Assembly: GCA_002708765.1 (NCBI GenBank)
Contig: PAPD01000052.1
Location: 15,535 to 79,534, forward strand
Source of the DNA: Gammaproteobacteria bacterium
GTDB lineage: Bacteria; Pseudomonadota; Gammaproteobacteria; Pseudomonadales; Azotimanducaceae
Direction of reading: 5' to 3'
DNA length: 64,000 nucleotides
Position 1 is the stretch's first letter, and the number at the start of each line of letters is the position of its first letter. This document shows, piece by piece, positions 52,137 to 60,043 of the stretch. A program made the translations under genes and the position numbers. The notes under the pieces were generated by a model. It made no database searches. It saw only the letters and a program-made list of their open reading frames with translations, and was not told where the DNA came from.

Positions 52137-52853
52137 ATGGCAGCAGTCGGAATGACGAAACACAAACGACATATTGGAAAAAAGAAAAGCGAATTAGCCA
52201 ACTTTCTTGAAAAAGTTGAAAAAACACCCATAAGACAGATAAAGAAAGAGACCGGGAGGCTTTTGTTCGCCATGGACGCCACTGCATCTAGAGAAAAAAC
52301 CTGGGATCACGCATGCCATATTCAGGGAGAAATGTTTAGAGCGACCAGCAGGATCGGTGGATTAAATATACAACTCTGCTATTACCGAGGCTTTAACCAA
52401 TTTAATTCCTCGCCCTGGACCAGCTCAGAAACAGAACTGGTTCACGAAATGGGCAAAGTCCGCTGCCTTGGTGGACACACCCAGATAGAAAAAATCCTAA
52501 ACCATGCCTTAAAAGAGCATCGCAATAAACGAATAAATGCTCTAGTCTTTGTTGGCGACGCTATTGAAGAGGATTCTGATAAGCTCTGTTTTATTGCAGG
52601 AAAACTTGGGGTATTGAATATCCCGGTGTTCGTTTTCCAAGAAGGGATTAATCCCTTGGCAATGACGACCTTTAGACAGATAGCCGAACTGAGCGGCGGC
52701 GCTTATGCACCCTTCAACTCCAGCAGCGCAGAAGAACTCAAAAATCTTCTGGCTGCGGTAGCGGTTTACGCCGCGGGTGGTCGAGAAGCCCTTGAGAAAT
52801 TCGAAAAAGAAAACTTGTCCGGTAAGATGTTAACGGTGCAAATCAGCAAATGA
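52137..52853 (+). CDS. VWA-like domain protein
   Basis: LLFAMDATASRE (MIDAS-like D.T.S) ...ALVFVGDAIEED...VFVF alternating beta/alpha pattern. The ATG at 52137 was chosen, and the ORF-track upstream extension was rejected. Confidence 0.6.
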   Translation: MAAVGMTKHKRHIGKKKSELANFLEKVEKTPIRQIKKETGRLLFAMDATASREKTWDHACHIQGEMFRATSRIGGLNIQLCYYRGFNQFNSSPWTSSETELVHEMGKVRCLGGHTQIEKILNHALKEHRNKRINALVFVGDAIEEDSDKLCFIAGKLGVLNIPVFVFQEGINPLAMTTFRQIAELSGGAYAPFNSSSAEELKNLLAAVAVYAAGGREALEKFEKENLSGKMLTVQISK

Positions 52854-52862
52854 GAAAGAGCC

Positions 52863-53606
52863 TTGGGAATCCTAATAACATTAATTGCTACAGCAACTAT
52901 TGCATTTTTCTTGCTGAGGAAACTTCTGGCAAAAAAAAATCTTTCCGTTAGAAGTTTCTTTATCGTCTACGGGATGACTCTCATCGGAATAAGCGTTCTC
53001 TTTCTAGCCCTGACTGGTCGCCTACACCCACTATTTGCAATAATCGGAGCCTCGCTTCCCTTCCTGACCAGAATTATTGGTCTAGTAATGAGGGGTGTCC
53101 AGTTTGCTTCGGTCTTCCGGAACGTTAATGCAATGTTTAATAGTAGCAGTGGTTCCAGTCCCGACCATAGTGAGATAAGAACAGAATATCTGCACATGCG
53201 ACTAGACCATGCAAGCGGGAAAATGGAAGGCATTGTGTTGCGTGGAACATTCGAGACCCAAAATTTGTCCAAGATGTCATTAGATGATATCAGACAATTT
53301 CTTGAAGAAATAAAATCGGATGCGGATTCTTTAAATCTGATGCATGCTTACCTGGAAAGAGAAAGAAGCGACTGGAATGAGACTCGCGCAGAAGGAGATG
53401 GAGGAGCTGATGTAGCATTTTCATCTGAAATGAGTGAAACACAGGCCCTGGAAATTCTTGGCCTTTCGGAAGGCGCCTCAAAAGAAGAAGTAATAACGGC
53501 CCATAAAAGATTAATGCAGCGAGTGCACCCTGACCGAGGAGGATCAACCTATCTCGCCGCAAAAATAAATGCTGCCAAAGATCTGCTAACGAACTTATAT
53601 TCCTGA
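52863..53606 (+). CDS. inner-membrane J-domain protein (Pam18/Tim14-type J domain)
   Basis: 3 N-terminal TM spans. C-terminal ALEILGLSEGASKEEVITAHKRLMQRVHPDRGGSTYLAAKINAAKDLL. TTG start. Confidence 0.75.
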   Translation: MGILITLIATATIAFFLLRKLLAKKNLSVRSFFIVYGMTLIGISVLFLALTGRLHPLFAIIGASLPFLTRIIGLVMRGVQFASVFRNVNAMFNSSSGSSPDHSEIRTEYLHMRLDHASGKMEGIVLRGTFETQNLSKMSLDDIRQFLEEIKSDADSLNLMHAYLERERSDWNETRAEGDGGADVAFSSEMSETQALEILGLSEGASKEEVITAHKRLMQRVHPDRGGSTYLAAKINAAKDLLTNLYS

Positions 53607-54433
53607 TGACGTCCAGCAAACCCCGAAAAACCGAACTCTTGCGATCAGAAGTGTCCTACTTTTGCCAACAGCATCATGACAAAAACCCAAGAGATTTTTT
53701 CTTCGAAATGGAAAAGGCAGGCTTTTTGCGCTTTGACTGGCCACAAGAATATGGCGGCAGAGGGTGGAGTCGGGAAGAGCAATTGATTCTGATTAAAGCC
53801 ATGGCGGAATACGGTTGTCCCATTTTTCCTGAATCTATTAGTGCAGGAGCCCCACTTGTCATAGGCCTTGCCTCAGAAGACAAAAAACGATTCCTCTTAG
53901 AAAAGATTATAACCAATGTTTCTGACTGGCGAATTCATGGAGAGGCCGACGCCGAAGGGATTTTCTGGAATCAGATGGAAGACTCCATAAGCATTCTCTG
54001 TGAGGGCAAAACCTACACGCTAGGGGAATCAGGGCATGGCGCTCAATATGTTTCAACCTATTTTTCTGTCGGCTGCATATGTCAACAATGGCTCACCGGA
54101 CTAGAACATCTCAAAAGAAATAGCAGAGCTCAACAAAGTACAACGCTCTCCTCTATCACGGAAGAACAGATAAATTTTCTTTCGGCAATGTTCAATTTTT
54201 TAAACCCTAAAATGGACAAACTGGTTGCCTTGCAAGCTAACTTGGGCAAAGACACCGTATACCAACTTCTGATTAGCTTAATTGGATACTACGGAATAAT
54301 TCGAGCTCAAGATGTAGCGGGGAATAACGAACCCATCCCTTTCGTCAAGGAACGACTGTTTCTTGAGGACATGAGGCGACTGAGCTCCCTAGATGAAATC
54401 ATCTTAAAGAATTGTTGGGATATGGAAATTTGA
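53606..54433 (+). CDS. truncated acyl-CoA-dehydrogenase-like protein (N-terminal ACAD domain only clearly recognisable)
   Basis: FDWPQEYGGRGWSREEQLILIKAMAEYGCP is an ACAD N-domain motif. The protein is only 275 aa and lacks the C-terminal catalytic motifs. TGATG overlap with the J-protein gene. Confidence 0.5.
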   Translation: MTSSKPRKTELLRSEVSYFCQQHHDKNPRDFFFEMEKAGFLRFDWPQEYGGRGWSREEQLILIKAMAEYGCPIFPESISAGAPLVIGLASEDKKRFLLEKIITNVSDWRIHGEADAEGIFWNQMEDSISILCEGKTYTLGESGHGAQYVSTYFSVGCICQQWLTGLEHLKRNSRAQQSTTLSSITEEQINFLSAMFNFLNPKMDKLVALQANLGKDTVYQLLISLIGYYGIIRAQDVAGNNEPIPFVKERLFLEDMRRLSSLDEIILKNCWDMEI

Positions 54434-54437
54434 TAAA

Positions 54438-55097
54438 ATGAAGAAAACAAGCCTACTAGTATTTGATCTGGATGGGACGCTGGTTGACAGTTTACCGAGT
54501 CTGGCGAAGGCCTTTAATCAAACACTCGAAGAACTAGAATGCCCTAAGCATTCCCTCAAAGATTATAAGCAAATTATCGGAGATGGGGCGGAGGCAGCAT
54601 CTGAAAGATGCTTGCCAGAAAACAGACGCACCCGGGAAGATATCAAAAAATGTCTAGATCTTTTCCGGATTCATTACGAAAACCTTTGGCATGAAGCTAA
54701 ACCATTTCCCGGCATTCTTGATCTGTTGCTAAAAAACGCTAGTCAAAACAAACTTGCCGTCCTGTCCAACAAAGATGATTCCTTCACAAAGCTATGTGTA
54801 GAAAAATTCTTTCCGGGAATATTTGACTTCGTAACAGGTTACAAGAAAAAGAATGGCTTAAAGCCGGGACCGAAAGGCTTGCTAGAAATAATGGCAGCCG
54901 CCAGAAGAACCAACAATGAAACCTGCATGATCGGAGATACTGCAACTGACATAAGGACAGCAGTCAACTCAGGCACAAAAAGTATAGGAGTGCTTTGGGG
55001 TTACAGAAACAAAAAGGAGTTGGTGGAAGCTGGGGCCACCTATACTTCTGAGTCTGCCCAACACCTGAGCAAACTTTTAAGTCAAAGATTAACCTGA
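54438..55097 (+). CDS. HAD-superfamily hydrolase (phosphoglycolate-phosphatase-like)
   Basis: LLVFDLDGTLVDS motif I, VLSNK motif II, GDTATD motif IV. Confidence 0.8.
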   Translation: MKKTSLLVFDLDGTLVDSLPSLAKAFNQTLEELECPKHSLKDYKQIIGDGAEAASERCLPENRRTREDIKKCLDLFRIHYENLWHEAKPFPGILDLLLKNASQNKLAVLSNKDDSFTKLCVEKFFPGIFDFVTGYKKKNGLKPGPKGLLEIMAAARRTNNETCMIGDTATDIRTAVNSGTKSIGVLWGYRNKKELVEAGATYTSESAQHLSKLLSQRLT

Positions 55098-55194
55098 CAA
55101 AGAATTAAAACTGCTTGCTATCCTATTCATATAGTTCGAAAAAGCTATTCTCAACGAGCAAGGTCTCTATCTTGTTCTCGGCGATATCGAAGAA

Positions 55195-56292
55195 TTACCC
55201 CGACACCTTAATCATACTTGGAGGCAAGCCCGGGTTGTTTGGTAAATGTTCGAAACGATTCCTGGGCCTGTGTTTTTTGTATTCTCGAATAACAGGTCCA
55301 AGCTCGTCTGGTGAAGCGCCATGCAAAATCACGCCATCACAACCGAGATCAAACTGCTTGTTAATGACTTCGACACAATTCCGAGGACTACCCATCGCTG
55401 AATGGGACAACCAATCCTCCGGTATCAGTTCTTCTATTTGCTGGAGCTCATCGAACGACGCCATCTGATCTATCGCCCCCTGGAAATGTCTTACAATTTC
55501 ACTCTTTCGAAAATTGTCTAATTCTTTAAATTCCCAGTTGTTAGTCCTGACCATCAGGTCCCCATAAGCCTGCAAATAGGTCGCCATTCTTCCCACTGTT
55601 TTTTTCAATTGTAATTCTGGCGAAAGATGATTACCGACAACTGCTAGACAAGACCAGACTCTAACATCAGCCGGGTTTCGTCCCGCCTTTTCAGCCGCGA
55701 CTTTTACATCATTAACACACCTTGCTGTCGTTTCATCGGTAAAAAATGTATGTAATACAACGGCATCAAAGACTCTCCCACCCAAGGCCAGAGAGTTCGG
55801 ACCAAATGCTGTTAAAATAAGCGGGATATACTCGTCAAAACCGGGGTCCAAGCGAAGCATCGGCCATTTACCTACAGAACCCTCATATCCAGATATTGTT
55901 TCACCACGATGAAGCCTCCGCATTATCCCAACGAATTCTTCCAGTTGTTTAGTTGTAATTCTTGAAAGACCCATTGCTCGAAAAAGAACATCGATTCCAC
56001 GCCCCAAGCCAAGAGCAAACCTCCCCCCAGTTAGAAAGTGCATCGTCGACGCATAAGACCCGGTGACAACTGGATGTCGCGTATTATGGTTTGTCGCGGC
56101 CGTGGCAATCCCTAATTTTTCCGAAACTGCGCCGACCGCCCCGCTCAAGGTAGCAGCCTCTTTAATATTAAACCGCTCTGACAAAAAGCAATTTCCAATT
56201 CCTAACTCTTCTGCCTGGATCACCTCATCAAGAAGATTTCTAGGATTTTCTGGAGCCCCGGCCAAAGCATAAAAAGCTAACTCGTTCATCAT
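55195..56292 (-). CDS. LLM-class (luciferase-like) flavin-dependent oxidoreductase
   Basis: 365 aa, TIM-barrel LLM motifs LSERF...GRFALGLGRG. Confidence 0.8.
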   Translation of the reverse strand: MMNELAFYALAGAPENPRNLLDEVIQAEELGIGNCFLSERFNIKEAATLSGAVGAVSEKLGIATAATNHNTRHPVVTGSYASTMHFLTGGRFALGLGRGIDVLFRAMGLSRITTKQLEEFVGIMRRLHRGETISGYEGSVGKWPMLRLDPGFDEYIPLILTAFGPNSLALGGRVFDAVVLHTFFTDETTARCVNDVKVAAEKAGRNPADVRVWSCLAVVGNHLSPELQLKKTVGRMATYLQAYGDLMVRTNNWEFKELDNFRKSEIVRHFQGAIDQMASFDELQQIEELIPEDWLSHSAMGSPRNCVEVINKQFDLGCDGVILHGASPDELGPVIREYKKHRPRNRFEHLPNNPGLPPSMIKVSG

Positions 56293-56395
56293 AATGAATA
56301 CCTGTTTTTCAGATAATCACATAATAGACAAAGGCTGGGCAATATAGGTAAGTTATGTCAATCTTTGGTTAAAATCCTGTCTTGGACAAAAACTA

Positions 56396-57172
56396 ATGGA
56401 AATAAAGAATAAAATCATCGTCATTACTGGCGCGGCCAGCGGAATCGGAAGAGCCATGGCTCACCGATTTGCTAAAGAAAATGCGGGAACTATTTTGATA
56501 GCAGACCTCGATGCAAGTGGTCTGAATGAAGTCTCCAGGGACACTGGGGCAATTGCCATACCAACCGATGTGTCCAAAGAAGATGAAGTCTTCAAGCTTA
56601 TAGAAACTGCCGAAAAAGAATGCGGTAGAATTGATCTGCTCTGCAACAATGCAGGTATAGGAATCGGAGGAGGACCGGAGACACCAAGCGAGGACTGGCA
56701 AAAAATCTGGCAAATAAACGTTATGGCACACGTTTTTGCTGCTCGTGCCGCCATTCCCGGGATGCTTCACCGAAGGTCAGGCTACATACTTAACACGGCC
56801 TCCGCCGCCGGGCTATTAACTCAAATAGGATCAGCTCCCTACGCTGTAACAAAACATGCCGCCGTAAGTTTCGCCGAGTGGCTGGCAATAACCTATGGAG
56901 ATCAGGGATTGAAAGTTTCTGTTCTTTGCCCGCAAGCCGTCCGCACAGCCATGACTGCAGACGACCCAGACGGAGTCGCCAGCGTTGACGGAATGATAGA
57001 GCCTGAAGATGTTTGTGACGCGGTAATGCTCGCTCTAAAGAAAGAAAGCTTTCTTGTTCTTCCTCACCCGAAGGTCTTGACATATATGCAGAGAAAAACT
57101 GAAGATTACGATCGCTGGTTAAAAGGAATGAGAAAATTGCAATCGAGTTACGGAAATCCAAACTGGCCCTAG
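56396..57172 (+). CDS. SDR family oxidoreductase
   Basis: TGAASGIGRA, NNAG, catalytic YAVTK. Confidence 0.85.
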   Translation: MEIKNKIIVITGAASGIGRAMAHRFAKENAGTILIADLDASGLNEVSRDTGAIAIPTDVSKEDEVFKLIETAEKECGRIDLLCNNAGIGIGGGPETPSEDWQKIWQINVMAHVFAARAAIPGMLHRRSGYILNTASAAGLLTQIGSAPYAVTKHAAVSFAEWLAITYGDQGLKVSVLCPQAVRTAMTADDPDGVASVDGMIEPEDVCDAVMLALKKESFLVLPHPKVLTYMQRKTEDYDRWLKGMRKLQSSYGNPNWP

Positions 57173-57192
57173 TCAAAAGCTAGCTAGCGGGT

Positions 57193-57220
57193 TTGACCTC
57201 GAATCCAATTTAGATAAAAT
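57193..57220 (+). promoter_or_regulatory. sigma70-type promoter candidate for metA
   Basis: TTGACC (57193-98), 16 nt, TAAAAT (57215-20). The implied TSS is near 57227. Confidence 0.45.
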
Positions 57221-57226
57221 AACCAT

Positions 57227-57276
57227 GCGCCGATTTGATATCAGCTTGCGGGCGCCATAAAAATCCAGCTAAAGAG
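57227..57276 (+). ncRNA. candidate riboswitch aptamer (H-type pseudoknot-capable; SAM-II/SAM-V-like?) in the metA leader
   Basis: GCGCC/GGCGC stem with the U-rich 19-nt loop GAUUUGAUAUCAGCUUGCG, then the A-rich linker CAUAAAAAUCC, then AGCUAAAG. AGCU in the loop is complementary to AGCU in the tail. The class assignment is unverified. Confidence 0.4.
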
Positions 57277-57314
57277 AAAACCTACTTTAGCTGCTGCTTA
57301 GTAGGTTTTTTTTT
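57277..57314 (+). terminator. intrinsic terminator/attenuator 12 nt upstream of the metA ATG
   Basis: AAAACCUACU (57277-86) pairs with AGUAGGUUUU (57300-09), plus inner AGC/GCU pairs, followed by a T9 run (57306-14). Confidence 0.7.
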
Positions 57315-57326
57315 GAGGAAAAAGCA

Positions 57327-58280
57327 ATGCCAATCAATATACCCGATGGAATTCCTGCTCTTGATGTCCTGGAGAGGGAAAACATTTTCTGCATGCGAAG
57401 TAGCGAAGCAAAACACCAGGACATTAGACCTATCCGGGTCCTCCTACTCAACCTGATGCCAAAAAAAATTGAAACTGAAATCCATCTCCTTAGGATGCTT
57501 TCTAACTCGCCCTTGCAGGTAAACGTAGAGTTTCTGAGGATATCGGAAAGGCCATCAAAACACACTCCAATCGAGCATATGGAAAATTTCTATAAGAGTT
57601 TCTCGCAGATCACAGAAGACAAATATGATGGAATGATAATTACCGGTGCCCCGCTCGGACAGATCGAATTCAATGACGTCAGTTTCTGGAAGGAAATGAC
57701 AGAGGTGCTAGACTGGACTATTACAAATGTTACTTCAGTAATGTTTTTGTGCTGGGCGGTTCAGGCAGCGATGTATCATCTCTATCAGGTGAATAAGGTT
57801 TTACTTCCAAAAAAGATCAGCGGCGTATATCCGCACCAACTCCGCAACAGGCTATCACCCATAGCAAGAGGCTTTGACGATAGGTTCGACGCTCCGCATT
57901 CAAGATATGCCGAAGTACCGAGCGATAAAATAGCAGAAATAGAAAATCTGGATCTTATTGCTGATTCAGAGTTAGCTGGTGCCTACCTGTGGGCCCATGA
58001 AGACGGTCGTCATCTTTTCGTAACCGGTCATTCAGAATACGAACCTGACTGCCTTAGAAACGAATATCAGAGAGACTTAGAGGCTGGACTAGATCCCGAA
58101 ATTCCCGAAAACTATTTTCCGAATAACGATCCGGAGAATGAACCAATCGTTAACTGGAAAAGTCATGGGACCTTGCTTTTTAACAACTGGTTGAATTACT
58201 ACGTATACCAGCTAACACCTTTTGACTCTTCTAAAATAGGAGAAATGAGAAAAGATCGTGCACCTAGCACAGATAAATGA
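57327..58280 (+). CDS. metA: homoserine O-acyltransferase MetA (succinyl/acetyl specificity not decidable)
   Basis: MPINIPDGIPA...RPIRVLLLNLMPKKIETE...ITGAP, 317 aa. Confidence 0.93.
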   Translation: MPINIPDGIPALDVLERENIFCMRSSEAKHQDIRPIRVLLLNLMPKKIETEIHLLRMLSNSPLQVNVEFLRISERPSKHTPIEHMENFYKSFSQITEDKYDGMIITGAPLGQIEFNDVSFWKEMTEVLDWTITNVTSVMFLCWAVQAAMYHLYQVNKVLLPKKISGVYPHQLRNRLSPIARGFDDRFDAPHSRYAEVPSDKIAEIENLDLIADSELAGAYLWAHEDGRHLFVTGHSEYEPDCLRNEYQRDLEAGLDPEIPENYFPNNDPENEPIVNWKSHGTLLFNNWLNYYVYQLTPFDSSKIGEMRKDRAPSTDK

Positions 58281-59635
58281 CAAGAACAGATCAACCTTCA
58301 CCACGGCTAGTTAATGGCAAAGTCAGCTCTGGTCTCTTACGATTAACTGCTCCTGTAATTATAGGAATTACTGCGAATATCGGGGCCGGAATTGTAGAAG
58401 CATTCCTCCTGGCTAGGCTAGGCACAGAAACCCTATCGGCATATAGCTTCACATTTCCGATCAGCGCTGCATTGATGTCCCTTTCGCTGGGAATCTCTAT
58501 TGGAGTATCGAGTGTGCTCGCTAGGACAGCTGGAAGCGGCGAACAGGAGCAGGTAAGACGAATCGCTAGCGACGGGATCGCCCTGGTAGCGGTTATTATG
58601 TTAGTGGTATCAATAATCGGATATCTCTCGATTGATGTTTTGTTCACTGCGCTAGGGGCAGATAGTTCGACGCTACCTCTGATAAACGACTATATGACAA
58701 TCTATTACCTTTCAGTCATTCTTTTAGCCGTTCCATCAGTCGGTGCGAACGCGCTTAGAGCGCTCGGAGACGCAACCATCTCAGGAACTCTTATGGTCTC
58801 AGGCGCTCTCCTCCATATAGCGATCAGTCCTTTTCTGATCTTTGGCCTTGCAGGCCTGCCTAGCCTAGGTCTTGCTGGCGCTGCCTGGGCAAACCTCTTA
58901 GCTCGCCTGATAACTTTTTTGGCAACTATAGCTATTCTCCGACACCGAGAACAACTTCTTACCTATAAAGACTTAACGCTGAAAAAAATGATTGATTCCT
59001 GGAAACTCATTCTGGCAATCGGAATACCGGCAACCGCTACTAATATGATTGGTCCAGTTTCAACTGCAATAATAGTTAGCTTTCTAGCTGGTTTCAGCCA
59101 AGAAACGGTTGCCGGTTTCGGTATCGCGGCAAGAATTGAAGGACTATTCGCAATTCCATTATTTGCGTTATCCGCTAGTATCGGACCGTTTGTAGGCCAG
59201 AATTTTGGAGCTGGGCGTCACGATCGAGCCAATAATGCTATGGTTTTGGCATTCCGCTATTCATTATACTGGGGATTATTTACAGCTATAGTTCTTGGAA
59301 TTTTCAACAAAGATATCGTAGCCATTTTCAACGAGAATACAGTAGTAATCTCTGTGGCGACCACCTACCTGTTAATCGTGCCCATAAGCTATGGCGCATG
59401 GGGTGCCCTGATGATGTCTAGCGCAGTTTTTAATTCTCTCGGAAAACCACTAAATTCGACCCTGATGTCAGGTCTCAGACTAATTGTAGTCTATGTTCCC
59501 CTTGCATATGTCGGAAAACTTATACTGGGAGTCAAAGGAATTTTTCTTGCATCGGCAATCGCGAATATCGCTATAGGCCTAATGGGTTATTTCTGGAATC
59601 GATCCGTATACTCGGATCGAGATACCCTACCATAA
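58277..59635 (+). CDS. MATE family efflux transporter
   Basis: 452 aa, 12 TM spans, two-lobed MATE pattern, ATGA overlap with metA. Confidence 0.85.
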   Translation: MTRTDQPSPRLVNGKVSSGLLRLTAPVIIGITANIGAGIVEAFLLARLGTETLSAYSFTFPISAALMSLSLGISIGVSSVLARTAGSGEQEQVRRIASDGIALVAVIMLVVSIIGYLSIDVLFTALGADSSTLPLINDYMTIYYLSVILLAVPSVGANALRALGDATISGTLMVSGALLHIAISPFLIFGLAGLPSLGLAGAAWANLLARLITFLATIAILRHREQLLTYKDLTLKKMIDSWKLILAIGIPATATNMIGPVSTAIIVSFLAGFSQETVAGFGIAARIEGLFAIPLFALSASIGPFVGQNFGAGRHDRANNAMVLAFRYSLYWGLFTAIVLGIFNKDIVAIFNENTVVISVATTYLLIVPISYGAWGALMMSSAVFNSLGKPLNSTLMSGLRLIVVYVPLAYVGKLILGVKGIFLASAIANIAIGLMGYFWNRSVYSDRDTLP

Positions 59636-60043
59636 ACGTTCGCCGGCTCTTTAGAATTTCTCTTCCTCTAATTTTTTTGCTGTTTCCCTTAAGCATTGAG
59701 TGCTACGGATGGAGGACCAAAGGCCATCGCTAGATTTGTGAGACCGCAGAAAAAAATGTCTCGCCGAGAACAAAGAAAAGAATCGAGAACATTCTCTCTT
59801 TTAAAAACTCAACCGAAACAGGTGCTGGTCCAGCTCGAGCTAGCAGCTGCCCGCCTCGCAGATCTCCTTGACGAAACCCTGGATCTGAATGTCATGTAGT
59901 CCTGCTTCTTCCACACGATTTCGTAAAGATGTTTATCATTCCAATGAATGTTTAAATGAAGAAAAAGGTTTATTATTAGTGGTGCTATTAACCCTTAAGC
60001 ATCAAGACCAAACTGATTTTTTTCCTAAACTGGGAACCAAAAC

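Noticed and set aside
55155-55176. Hairpin GAGCAAG/CTTGTTC between the convergent HAD and LLM genes, as a terminator
   Set aside because: It is a 7-bp stem including a G-U pair, with an 8-nt loop and no U-tract on either strand. That is too weak to annotate.
59696-59899. Calling the 67-aa (or 47-aa) ORF as a protein-coding gene
   Set aside because: It has no SD and no recognisable family, and the opposite strand also shows short ORFs. It is kept only as an observation within the unexplained spacer.
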